From positions 21,408 to 85,407 of the forward strand of contig JBGTBM010000007.1 in NCBI GenBank assembly GCA_041749335.1: a stretch of 64,000 nucleotides of DNA, written 5' to 3'. The notes under the pieces are model-generated. The model saw only the letters and a list, made by a program, of their open reading frames with translations, did not search any database and was not told where the DNA came from. This stretch comes from Patescibacteria group bacterium. GTDB lineage: Bacteria > Patescibacteriota > JABMPQ01. Every line of letters begins with the position of its first letter. Positions within the stretch are counted from its first letter, which is position 1. A program made the position numbers and the translations under genes. Below, one piece after another: positions 29,872 through 39,397 of this stretch.

Positions 29872-29879
29872 ATGCTGAT

Positions 29880-29907
29880 AAATTACTCTGCTTAGCGGAG
29901 TAATTTT
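29880..29907 (+). terminator. Intrinsic terminator
   Basis: aaattactctgc-tta-gcggagtaatttt. Confidence 0.75.
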
Positions 29908-30024
29908 AATTTTGCGCACCTAAAAATAAAATATTTTTCTATTATTATTTGATAAAGCGATCAAAACAATTTATTATTATTTTGTAATTACGAGTATGCT
30001 ATAATAAAAATATATATAAATACT

Positions 30025-31677
30025 ATGACCGAATTTTCAACTCAAGAATTCGAGAAAAAAAAGAACGAAAAGCTCGAAGAAAAATTAGCCAAGATAAAAA
30101 TTGCCCAGCAGGAAGGGGAGGCGCAAGTGAGAGCCGCTTCTTTGGGTTTAACATATATTGATCTCACCAGAACTCCGATTGAAAAGGACGCACTAATTTT
30201 AATACCCGAAAAAAAAGCGTTAGCAAATAAAACTATCGCCTTTTATTTAATAAAGGATGCGTTGAAGGTCGGGTCAGTTGATCCTAAAAGTAAGAACACT
30301 CAAGATTTGATTAAGGAAATTGAGGATCAAACCGGCTATAAAATAACCCAGTTTTTAATTTCTGAGCCAAGTTTTCAGCATGCCGTAAAGGTTTATAGGC
30401 AGATAGTTACGCCGCAAAAAAAAGAAGAGGTGGGCATATCAGAGGAGGCGCTCAAAGAGGCCGGAACACAAATTAAAGATTTGGAACAATTAAAGAAAAG
30501 AATTAAAGAAGTTTCTACAAGCGAGCAAGTGAGTATTATCTTAGCCGGGGCGATTACGGCCGGCGCTTCTGATATTCACATTGAGCCGGAAGAAGAAAAA
30601 ATATTATTAAGATACCGCATTGATGGCATTTTACATGACATCGCTGAACTTCCGCGGGATATCTATAAACAGTTAATGTCCCGCATAAAATTAATCGCCG
30701 GGTTAAAAATTAATATTACGGAAAAACCGCAAGACGGAAGAATCACAGTAAGCGTTGAAGGAAAAGAAATTGATTTAAGAATTTCAACATTGCCGGCTGC
30801 TTATGGTGAATCAGTGGTAATGCGCCTTTTGGGAACCGGATCCACCGGATTGAAAATAACCGGATTGGGTTTTAGAAAAAATGAGGAAAAGTTATTGCTG
30901 GATCTCATAAAAAGGCCGACCGGAATGATACTTACTACCGGACCGACCGGATCAGGAAAAACCACGACGCTGTATTCATTTATTAATCAAATAAAATCTT
31001 CCGAGATTAAAATTATTACTTTGGAAAATCCGATTGAAATTCGCATGGATGGCATTCAGCAAACTCCGATTGATCCGGAAAAAGATATGACTTTTGCCTC
31101 CGGCCTAAGAGCGATTCTGCGCCAAGATCCGGATGTAGTGATGGTGGGAGAAATTAGAGATTTGGAAACGGCGGAAATTGCCTCGCAGGCGGCTTTAACC
31201 GGACATTTGGTCTTTTCTACTCTGCATACCAATGATGCTGCCGGAGCTATTCCGCGCCTAATCAATATGGGAGTGAAACCTTTTACTTTGGGGCCGGCTT
31301 TGACCGGAGTGATTGGTCAGAGGTTGGTGCGCCGAATTTGTCCGAATTGCCACAAGGAGTATCAACCCGACCAAGAAACGATAAAAATGCTGAAAAAGGA
31401 ATTGGGAAAACATTATCCCAAAGCAGGCGTTGAAAAATTATATAAACCGGGTGATAAATGCAAGGTATGCGGTGATCTTGGCTACAAGGGAAGAATTGGA
31501 ATTTACGAAGTAATTGAAGTGACAAAAGGCATCCAAAATTTAATTAATGTTCGCGCTTCTAATTTAGATATTTTTAACCAAGCGGTAAAAGACGGAATGG
31601 TTACCATGAGGCAGGACGGGCTATTAAAGGCTATTGAGGGCGTTACTACCTTGGAAGAGGTGGATCGAGTTAGTTAA
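30025..31677 (+). CDS. pilB: Type IV pilus assembly ATPase, PilB/GspE family
   Basis: ASDIHIEP, RIDG.L, PQDGR, GPTGSGKTTTLY, LRQDPDVVMVGEIRD, TGHLVFSTLHTND, CPNC...CKVC. Confidence 0.88.
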   Translation: MTEFSTQEFEKKKNEKLEEKLAKIKIAQQEGEAQVRAASLGLTYIDLTRTPIEKDALILIPEKKALANKTIAFYLIKDALKVGSVDPKSKNTQDLIKEIEDQTGYKITQFLISEPSFQHAVKVYRQIVTPQKKEEVGISEEALKEAGTQIKDLEQLKKRIKEVSTSEQVSIILAGAITAGASDIHIEPEEEKILLRYRIDGILHDIAELPRDIYKQLMSRIKLIAGLKINITEKPQDGRITVSVEGKEIDLRISTLPAAYGESVVMRLLGTGSTGLKITGLGFRKNEEKLLLDLIKRPTGMILTTGPTGSGKTTTLYSFINQIKSSEIKIITLENPIEIRMDGIQQTPIDPEKDMTFASGLRAILRQDPDVVMVGEIRDLETAEIASQAALTGHLVFSTLHTNDAAGAIPRLINMGVKPFTLGPALTGVIGQRLVRRICPNCHKEYQPDQETIKMLKKELGKHYPKAGVEKLYKPGDKCKVCGDLGYKGRIGIYEVIEVTKGIQNLINVRASNLDIFNQAVKDGMVTMRQDGLLKAIEGVTTLEEVDRVS

Positions 31678-31755
31678 TTTAAATTCAAGATTAAGCGCGC
31701 CGGATATGAAATATTAGCAGAAATATTATTATTAATGAGAACGGATTTGTTAGAT

Positions 31756-32781
31756 TTAAATCGATAAATTCGGATCGACAGAAAGTTTATCCCAAGAGGT
31801 AAACTTTTTTTGTTGAGCTAGATGATAACCGGCGGCAGCGACCATGGCGGCGTTGTCGGTGCTATATTTTGGATTAGGTAATATTAATTTTGTTTGAGGC
31901 CGATCAAGGCTGAATTTTTTTACCAAATTTTTTCTTAACAAATTATTGCAACTCACTCCTCCACCGATTGTAACCATCTTTACTCTAAATTTATCAGCCG
32001 CTCTCAGCGTTTTAGCAACCAATACATCGACAGCCGCTGCTTGGAAGGACGCGCAGATATTATTAATATCTTGATCTGAAAATTTACCCTGCTTTTTTTT
32101 AACCAATCTCAAGACATCGGTCTTAAGGCCGGAAAAACTAAAATCCAGGCCATCATTAATCATAGGGCGGGGGAAAGCGTAAGCGCGGGAATTTCCCATA
32201 TTGGCCAATTTAGAAATTATCGGGCCTCCCGGATAAGGCAAGCCTAAAAGCTTGGCGACTTTATCAAAAGCTTCACCGGCCGCATCGTCGCGGGTGGAGC
32301 CAATTTTAATAAATTTATTTTTCTTTGGCATCAATATTAATTCAGTATGACCGCCGGAAGCGATTAAATACAGCAAAGGATATTCAAAATTAATTTTTTT
32401 ATCTTGTTTATTTTCTGTCAGTTGACTGGCATAAACATGTGAAATAATGTGGTTAACGCCAATCAATTTTTTTTGCCAGCTATACGATAGAGTTTTGGCG
32501 GCATCAACTCCGACCAAGAGGGAAGTTATTAATCCCGGGCCATAAGTTACAGCGATGGCATTAATGCCGCGTATTTTGACTTGAGCTTCGTTGAGAGCTT
32601 TATCAATAATCGGAATAATATTTTCAACATGCGCTCTGGCGGCGATTTCCGGCACTACCCCGCCATAGGGCGCGTGTAATTTAATTTGAGAAGAAACTAT
32701 ATTTGATTTAACCAAATAACCGTCTTCAACGACTGAAGCGGCGGTTTCATCACAAGATGTTTCAATGCCGAGTATGAGCAT
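31756..32781 (-). CDS. tsaD: tRNA N6-threonylcarbamoyltransferase TsaD
   Basis: ILGIETSCDETA, GGVVPEIAAR.H, SGGHT, DDAAGEAFDK, FSFSGLKT, TDNAAM. Confidence 0.96.
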   Translation of the reverse strand: MLILGIETSCDETAASVVEDGYLVKSNIVSSQIKLHAPYGGVVPEIAARAHVENIIPIIDKALNEAQVKIRGINAIAVTYGPGLITSLLVGVDAAKTLSYSWQKKLIGVNHIISHVYASQLTENKQDKKINFEYPLLYLIASGGHTELILMPKKNKFIKIGSTRDDAAGEAFDKVAKLLGLPYPGGPIISKLANMGNSRAYAFPRPMINDGLDFSFSGLKTDVLRLVKKKQGKFSDQDINNICASFQAAAVDVLVAKTLRAADKFRVKMVTIGGGVSCNNLLRKNLVKKFSLDRPQTKLILPNPKYSTDNAAMVAAAGYHLAQQKKFTSWDKLSVDPNLSI

Positions 32782-32923
32782 AAAAATTTTTAGTATGAAT
32801 AAAGAATAAGGAAAAATAGATAATTAGCAATATCTTCATTATTAATTATTTCAAATTCATAATACAAATCAAGATAAGTAATAAAAAACAGACTTCAATT
32901 ATTGAAGCCTGTTTAGGAAGCGT

Positions 32924-34444
32924 CTACTTGATTGCCGCGACGTTCGCGCCGCCCTGGAATAACGGCGCGTATCCCATAAATTCCGAAACGACAGTTTTTT
33001 GCTTGTTGTAATTATATACCTTGATCCAAGCTTGGCCTTGGGACGCCTGGCTCATAATTATTTCTGCGCGACCGTCATTATTATAGTCAAATGAGGCAAC
33101 ATCCACTCCGCCGCGATAGTCTTGATGGAAAGGGAAGTAATAGATTGGCTTGGCTTCTCCATTTTCATCAAAAATCCTCACATGCGGTCCGCCGCCCGGT
33201 CCGGCTCCGGTGATTATTTCATCCTTGCCGTCTCCGTCAACATCGCCGGTGGTTACTCTCACCCCTCCGCGAAAAGCGAACGGATAAACATCGATAACTT
33301 GTTTCTTTAATCTGCCATCTTCTTCATAAATCTTAATTTGAGGATCACGAGTGGGTCCGGCTCCGACGATTATTTCATCTTTTTTATCGCCATCAATATC
33401 TCCCGCTGCGACGTCAACACCGCTATTTAAATTATCATTCCAAGGGAATAGTTTTGAATGTAATATTTTTCCCTGGCTGCTGAATACTCTCACATGGGGT
33501 CCACCGCCCGGTCCGGCTCCGGTGATTATTTCACCGACGCCGTCATTATTAAGATCGCCGGTTGCTACCCGCACGCCGCCCCTGAAAGATTTGTCATAAG
33601 CCAATATGCTTGTTTGTAATTCCTTAGAATTTAGATCGAATACTTTAACATAAGGTTCTAATCCGGGTCCGGCACCGACTATTACCTCCGGACTCTTGTC
33701 TTTATCCAGATTGCCAATCGCCACATCAGCTCCGCCGTGTAAGCTTTCTGAAAAGGCGAAAAAGTCAGCATCGTCCAGGCTAAAGCCATATTTGTCAAAA
33801 AGTCTGATATGAGCGCTGCCGCTCGCGCCGGCTCCGGTAATGATTAAGCTGTCATTATAGGTAATTGAATCAACAGCCACAAAGCCTTCGATAAATCTAG
33901 TCGGAACATACCAATTAACAAATTCGTCTTGAGTTATGGTCAGTCCCCAATATACCCAGGTATCGATATAAGCTCCTTTGCGAATACCGAAATGCAGATG
34001 TTCCACCCAGCCGCCATTTTCCTCGGGATTACCTAAAAATCCAATTTTCTGGCCTTTATTTACCATTTGACCTTCCTTCACTTTAACGTCGTAGAGCCTT
34101 AAATGGCCGTAGAGAGAAACAATTTTAGTTTTATTTTTTAAAGTATGCTCAATCAATATTACCGTGCCAAACCGAGTGTGTTCGCCGACATGTTTTACAT
34201 ATCCATTGCCGATACTGTATACCGGGGTGCCGGCAGGGCCTAAAACGTCCTCGCCCAAGTGATAAATTCCGTCGCGATCTTCGCCGAATTCAGAAACCAC
34301 ATCATAGCTTTTCATAGGATAACTGAAGCTGTCGGCATAAACCGTCGCATCAGCGACAAAAGGCAGTATTATTAGCGAAAAGGCTGTTAAACAAGCTAAA
34401 ATACCGTGTTTTATTCGTCTTTTTGTTTGTTTTTGTTTTATCAT
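32924..34444 (-). CDS. Secreted M23 peptidase with FG-GAP/VCBS beta-propeller repeats
   Basis: Signal peptide; HLGED, YGHL, HLHFGIR; repeated GGVRVA.GD..GDG.DEIITGAGPGGGPHVRVF. Confidence 0.88.
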   Translation of the reverse strand: MIKQKQTKRRIKHGILACLTAFSLIILPFVADATVYADSFSYPMKSYDVVSEFGEDRDGIYHLGEDVLGPAGTPVYSIGNGYVKHVGEHTRFGTVILIEHTLKNKTKIVSLYGHLRLYDVKVKEGQMVNKGQKIGFLGNPEENGGWVEHLHFGIRKGAYIDTWVYWGLTITQDEFVNWYVPTRFIEGFVAVDSITYNDSLIITGAGASGSAHIRLFDKYGFSLDDADFFAFSESLHGGADVAIGNLDKDKSPEVIVGAGPGLEPYVKVFDLNSKELQTSILAYDKSFRGGVRVATGDLNNDGVGEIITGAGPGGGPHVRVFSSQGKILHSKLFPWNDNLNSGVDVAAGDIDGDKKDEIIVGAGPTRDPQIKIYEEDGRLKKQVIDVYPFAFRGGVRVTTGDVDGDGKDEIITGAGPGGGPHVRIFDENGEAKPIYYFPFHQDYRGGVDVASFDYNNDGRAEIIMSQASQGQAWIKVYNYNKQKTVVSEFMGYAPLFQGGANVAAIK

Positions 34445-34579
34445 TTTGACTCTTATTTATAGAGTCGAACGTCCTTGATTATCATTTCAGTATAGCAAGA
34501 ATTTACAAAAAAATCAATACTTTTGGGTCAAGGACAAAATATGAGAAACAATATTAAAAAAAATTTTTCAAATAAAAAA

Positions 34580-34651
34580 TAGCCCCTAGGGGAATCGAAC
34601 CCCTGTTTTCAGGATGAAAACCTGATGTCCTAACCATTAGACGAAGGGGCC
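34580..34651 (-). tRNA. tRNA-Glu (TTC), CCA not encoded
   Basis: Reverse complement GGCCCCTTCGTCTAATGGTTAGGACATCAGGTTTTCATCCTGAAAACAGGGGTTCGATTCCCCTAGGGGCTA folds as a cloverleaf; anticodon TTC, GTTCGA T-loop. Confidence 0.95.
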
Positions 34652-34804
34652 ACGGGTTAAATAAGATCTATAAATTTTCTTGAGAGTTATAATATCAGAA
34701 TTAATTTTTATGGTCAATGCGGATTTATTTATTGGATCATGAATATCGTCGCCTTGTAAAAAATACTTGCCAAAAATTATTAGGCTGATATTATAAAAAT
34801 ACTA

Positions 34805-34823
34805 ACACCTGGGGGGTAGGTAT
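34805..34823 (+). promoter_or_regulatory. Putative CsoR operator
   Basis: ACACCTGGGGGGTAGGTAT, a C/G-tract pseudo-palindrome of CsoR-box type just upstream of csoR. Confidence 0.6.
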
Positions 34824-34840
34824 AATTAATTTATAAAAAT

Positions 34841-35113
34841 ATGTATGAATCAAAAAAGAAAGCATTAATCAATTTTAAAAAGGCTCGCAGCCATTGCGAA
34901 AAAATTATTCAAATGGTGGAGCAAGATAAATATTGCATTGATATTATGCAGCAGAATTTGGCGGTAATTGGCCTTTTGAAATCCGCCCATCAAATATTAA
35001 TGGAAGGACATTTGAAGGGATGTTTTAAAGGAGCTATGGGAACAAAAAACGAAGCTAAAAAGAAAAAGATGATCGAGGAAATTCTTAAAGTTACCAAAAT
35101 ATATAACAAATAA
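34841..35113 (+). CDS. csoR: CsoR/RcnR-family metal-sensing repressor
   Basis: MVEQDKYCIDIMQQ..AV.G...LMEGHLKGC. Confidence 0.88.
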   Translation: MYESKKKALINFKKARSHCEKIIQMVEQDKYCIDIMQQNLAVIGLLKSAHQILMEGHLKGCFKGAMGTKNEAKKKKMIEEILKVTKIYNK

Positions 35114-35123
35114 AAAACATATT

Positions 35124-35648
35124 ATGCAAAGAAAGATATTTTCAATATTAACCATATTCATCGCATTTATATTGGTTGGTTGTACCACAAAATCCAATGA
35201 AGATCTTATTTCAAAAGCCGTAATTGATCAAACTCCAGAAACTCAGAAAACATCTCAAAAATTTGCCGGTGAAGAAGGTGAAAACTTAGTTTTAAAAAAT
35301 GGCCGGCTGGATGTTAATGTCGAGGATATATCTGCGGGACGAGTTAAATATTTTAATACCCGGCTTGCCGATGGGAAAACGATATATTTTTTTATTGTTC
35401 GAGACAAAAATGGGATATTGCGGGCAGCGGCCAATGCCTGCCAGGTATGTAATTTATCCGGAAGGGGATTTATACAAGTGGGTAATAATATGAAATGTCA
35501 GACATGTGGCAATGTTTATCCGTTGGAAAAAATTGCCACGGAAAAAGGAGGCTGTAATCCGGGTCCGATTAATCCGGATTTAAAGGAGTCTAATGGAAAA
35601 ATAAATATTACCAAAGGTGAGCTACAAAATGTTGCCGATTTATTTTAA
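35124..35648 (+). CDS. DUF2318-like Cys-rich (predicted Fe-S) lipoprotein
   Basis: Lipobox LVGC; ACQVC...CQTCG...GGCNPGP. Confidence 0.8.
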   Translation: MQRKIFSILTIFIAFILVGCTTKSNEDLISKAVIDQTPETQKTSQKFAGEEGENLVLKNGRLDVNVEDISAGRVKYFNTRLADGKTIYFFIVRDKNGILRAAANACQVCNLSGRGFIQVGNNMKCQTCGNVYPLEKIATEKGGCNPGPINPDLKESNGKINITKGELQNVADLF

Positions 35649-35651
35649 AAA

Positions 35652-37037
35652 ATGTTAATAATAAAAAGATTAAAAATTAAGGGGACTCATTGTCGAAGCT
35701 GTAAGATTTTGATAGAGTCGGCAATTAATATTTTGCCGGGCGTTAAAAGCATTAAAGTTGATTTTGACACCGGCATTACTGAAATTGAATTTGATGATAG
35801 CGTGATTAAGATTGAAGAAATCACAAAAACAATTAAAGGTTTAAATTATGCGGTTGGCGATGATGTAAATACAAGATCTAAAAAAGATAAAAGCGGAAAG
35901 AAAAAAATTATTATCGGCATTGCTGCTTTGTCGGCCTTGGCTTTGGGATATTTTTTAGTCAGTAGATTGGGCTTGTTTGAATTGCTAGGCAAACTTAACG
36001 AAAAAAATGTAAGTCATGGACTAATATTTTTAATTGGACTGCTGGCCAGCTTCCATTGCATCGGGATGTGCGGCGGTTTGGTGGTGGCCTATTCAGCTAA
36101 AAGCGGAAGATTGGAAAAAAAGAAGTCGATGAATTTACACTGGCAATATAATGTTGGGCGCATTATTTCTTATTCTATTATTGGAGGAATTTTAGGCGGC
36201 CTCGGGTCATTTTTTGGAATTAATCCAATTTTTACGGGCATTATTACATTAGTTGCTGGAGCATTTATGGTTTTAATGGGTATCTCACTGATAAAAAATA
36301 TTAAATGGCTGGAAAAAATTAAACCGCGCACACCGAAGCTTATTGCAAGATACTTATTTAATCAACGCGTTAGCGATAATCCCCAGGGGCCATTCATTAT
36401 CGGACTTTTAAATGGTTTTATGCCTTGTGGACCGCTCCAAGCGATGCAGCTTTATGCTCTATCTTCAGGCAGTGTTACTCGAGGAGCGTTATCGATGTTT
36501 TTATACGCCGCCGGCACCGTACCCTTAATGTTTGGTTTCGGAAATGTGATCACAATGCTTAGTCATCAGAGGATCGCTAAAATTATGAAAATATCTGGTA
36601 TAATAGTTATGGTTCTGGGATTATTTATGTTTAATCGCGGTCTGGTAAATTTCGGCTATAGTTTTAAAAATTTAAATCCCAATAACCAAGCGGCCGAAAC
36701 TTATTACAAAGTCGAGAGCAATGTTTCGGAATACCAAGTTATTAATATGGAGCTTTCGTACCGGGGCTATGAACCAAATATATTGTATATTAAAAAAGGT
36801 GTTCCGGTGCGCTGGGTGATTAACGCCACTCAAGCATCCGGATGCACGGATGAAATAATTATGCCTGCATATAATATTAAGGAAGAAATTGTCAAAGGGG
36901 AAAATGTCATTGAATTTTTACCGGAAAAGGCCGGAGAAATAAATTTTTCTTGCTGGATGAAAATGGTGTGGGGAAAATTTATCGTTGTTGAAGACGAAAG
37001 CGAAATTCCCGCGGGAAATAATGTTTTATATAAATAG
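35652..37037 (+). CDS. HMA + TauE/SafE (DsbD_2) + cupredoxin-domain membrane protein
   Basis: GTHCRSC HMA; HCIGMCGG, YNVGR, GFMPCGPL; C-terminal GYEP..GVPVRW..GC..FSCWMKM. Confidence 0.85.
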   Translation: MLIIKRLKIKGTHCRSCKILIESAINILPGVKSIKVDFDTGITEIEFDDSVIKIEEITKTIKGLNYAVGDDVNTRSKKDKSGKKKIIIGIAALSALALGYFLVSRLGLFELLGKLNEKNVSHGLIFLIGLLASFHCIGMCGGLVVAYSAKSGRLEKKKSMNLHWQYNVGRIISYSIIGGILGGLGSFFGINPIFTGIITLVAGAFMVLMGISLIKNIKWLEKIKPRTPKLIARYLFNQRVSDNPQGPFIIGLLNGFMPCGPLQAMQLYALSSGSVTRGALSMFLYAAGTVPLMFGFGNVITMLSHQRIAKIMKISGIIVMVLGLFMFNRGLVNFGYSFKNLNPNNQAAETYYKVESNVSEYQVINMELSYRGYEPNILYIKKGVPVRWVINATQASGCTDEIIMPAYNIKEEIVKGENVIEFLPEKAGEINFSCWMKMVWGKFIVVEDESEIPAGNNVLYK

Positions 37038-37139
37038 ATTCTGATTTTACGTCGATCAATGTGGATTAAGGCGGGGAAAAATAAGCTGTATTGGGAAAAT
37101 AACCGCAGACAAATTATTAAATTTAATAAAATTATCAAT

Positions 37140-39311
37140 ATGGCGAAAAATACCACTAAAAAATATCAGATTGCAGGAATGCATTGCAGCGCTTGCGCTT
37201 TAACGATAGAAAAAAATCTGAAAAAAACCAAGGGGGTGAAGAGCGCCGCGGTAAACTTTGCGACCGAAGAAGCGGCGATAGAATATGATCCAAAAGCTGC
37301 CGATGATCAGACGTTAATAAAAGTAATTGAAAAATCCGGCTATCGGGCCGCTTCTCAAGATATTCATGATCATTCCCGGGCGATGAACAAGGAAAAAGAA
37401 ATAAAAAAAGAAAGAAATTTATTTTTAATAAGCTTAATTTTATCCATTCCGGTATTGATTTTATCTATGATATTAATGGATAAATCGATGGGCAGTAGAA
37501 TAGTGCAGTCCATCCTGGCGGGAATCATTCAATTTGTTATCGGTTATCGTTTTTATCGGGGAACATGGTTCGCGTTCAAGAATAAAGCGGCCGACATGGA
37601 TACCTTGGTCGCCTTGGGAACATCGGCCGCGTATTTTTATAGTTTGGCCACTACCTACATTATTGAGGGAGAGGTGTTTTATGAAACTTCATCATTGCTG
37701 ATAACCTTTATTGTGTTGGGCAAATATTTGGAAGCGCGTGCCAAGGGCAGGACCGGGGACGCAATCAATAAATTAATGAAGCTGCAGTCAAAGGAGGCCA
37801 TTATTGAAAAAGCGGGGAAGGAAATTAAAGTGCCCATTGCGGAAGTTAAAGTTGGCGACGTGGTGATTGTCAAACCCGGAGATAAAATTCCGGTGGACGG
37901 AGAAATTATTGATGGTTTTTCCAGCATTGATGAATCCATGGTGTCCGGCGAAAGCATGCCGATGGAAAAGAAAATCGGCGATAAAGTAATTGGCGCCACT
38001 ATTAATAAGTCGGGCACTTTTAAATTTAGAGCTTTAAAAATCGGCAAGGATACTTTTTTGTCGCAAATTGTTAAAATTGTTAATGAAGCGCAGAATGTAA
38101 AAGCGCCGATTCAGAAATTTGCCGACAAAGTTTCCAGCTATTTTGTCCCCGCAGTTATTTTAATCGCTATTATTTCATTCGTCGCTTGGTATTTTTTAAT
38201 GTCAGCAAGCTTTGTTGATGCCCTTATGATTTTTGCGGCAGTCTTGGTAATTGCCTGCCCATGCGCTTTAGGTTTGGCAACGCCAACAGCGATTATGGTG
38301 GGAACCGGCAAAGGAGCGGAAAATGGAATATTGGCGCGCACTGGCGAAGCTTTGGAGAAAGCTAATAAAATTGATGTAATTGTTTTTGACAAAACGGGCA
38401 CTATCACGGAAGGAAAGCCGTCGGTAGTAAAACTGGTAAATGTTAGCGATAAAATTTCAGACGATAAAATGTTGGAATTAGTCGCTGCGCTTGAAAATAA
38501 ATCAAATCATCCCTTGGCCGAAGCCGTCATCGGTTATATAAAAGATAAAAAAATTAAAAACATTGAGGCGCGAAATTTTGAAGAGGTCGCCGGCAAAGGA
38601 GTAAAAGCGGAGGCGGCAAATTATGAAGTAGTGCTGGGAAACGAAGCTTTGATGATGCAGGAAAAGATAAATTATCTAACCGCGAAAAAAGACATTGAAA
38701 AGGAAGAGGATATGGCCCGGACGGTTTTACTGATCGGCGTTAACGGGGAATTTGCAGGCTACCTGGCATTGGCGGATAAAATTAAGAAATCTTCCCGGGC
38801 GGCGATTAAAGCCTTGAAGGATTATGGGATTATTCCGGTAATGGCGACGGGGGATAATGACCGAACAGCGGAGGTTATCGCCAAGGAGGTAGGTATAGAA
38901 AAGTTTTATGGCCGGGTTCAGCCTGAAGAGAAATTAAACATAATAAGCCGCTTGCAAAAAGAGGAAAAACAGGTAGCGATGGCGGGAGATGGAATCAATG
39001 ATGCGCCGGCGCTGGCCAAATCAGATTTAGGCATTGCCATGGGGGCGGGAACGGATGTAGCTATTGAGGCCGGTGAAATTATTTTAGTCAAAAATGACCT
39101 GATGGATGTGGTGCGGGCATTGAAATTGGGAAAATTTACCATGAATAAAATCAGGCAAAATATGTTTTGGGCTTTATTTTATAATAGCATTGGCATTCCC
39201 ATTGCGGCCTTTGGTCTTTTGCGGGCGGAACTGGCGGGTTTGGCTATGGCGCTTAGCAGCGTTTCCGTTATTTTAAATTCATTATTATTAAAAAGAAAGA
39301 AATTAAAATAA
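37140..39311 (+). CDS. copA: Cu(I)-translocating P1B-type ATPase (start reassigned to ATG 37140)
   Basis: GMHCSAC HMA, SGES, CPCALGLATP, DKTGT, HPLA, GDGINDAPAL, YN and MALSS motifs. Confidence 0.92.
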   Translation: MAKNTTKKYQIAGMHCSACALTIEKNLKKTKGVKSAAVNFATEEAAIEYDPKAADDQTLIKVIEKSGYRAASQDIHDHSRAMNKEKEIKKERNLFLISLILSIPVLILSMILMDKSMGSRIVQSILAGIIQFVIGYRFYRGTWFAFKNKAADMDTLVALGTSAAYFYSLATTYIIEGEVFYETSSLLITFIVLGKYLEARAKGRTGDAINKLMKLQSKEAIIEKAGKEIKVPIAEVKVGDVVIVKPGDKIPVDGEIIDGFSSIDESMVSGESMPMEKKIGDKVIGATINKSGTFKFRALKIGKDTFLSQIVKIVNEAQNVKAPIQKFADKVSSYFVPAVILIAIISFVAWYFLMSASFVDALMIFAAVLVIACPCALGLATPTAIMVGTGKGAENGILARTGEALEKANKIDVIVFDKTGTITEGKPSVVKLVNVSDKISDDKMLELVAALENKSNHPLAEAVIGYIKDKKIKNIEARNFEEVAGKGVKAEAANYEVVLGNEALMMQEKINYLTAKKDIEKEEDMARTVLLIGVNGEFAGYLALADKIKKSSRAAIKALKDYGIIPVMATGDNDRTAEVIAKEVGIEKFYGRVQPEEKLNIISRLQKEEKQVAMAGDGINDAPALAKSDLGIAMGAGTDVAIEAGEIILVKNDLMDVVRALKLGKFTMNKIRQNMFWALFYNSIGIPIAAFGLLRAELAGLAMALSSVSVILNSLLLKRKKLK

Positions 39312-39397
39312 TCTAATAAATTAAATGAGCCGGTAGACTTTCAAAGCCGGCTTTTTTGATTGAATTATCATAGGTATGTTATTATTAAATAAATTAA

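Noticed and set aside
37059-37139. Longer ORF-track starts for copA (37059), and also 15396, 47000 and 48846
   Set aside because: Downstream ATGs (37140, 15369, 47027, 48792) fit the domain start or SD position better; the 48792 choice is the least certain.
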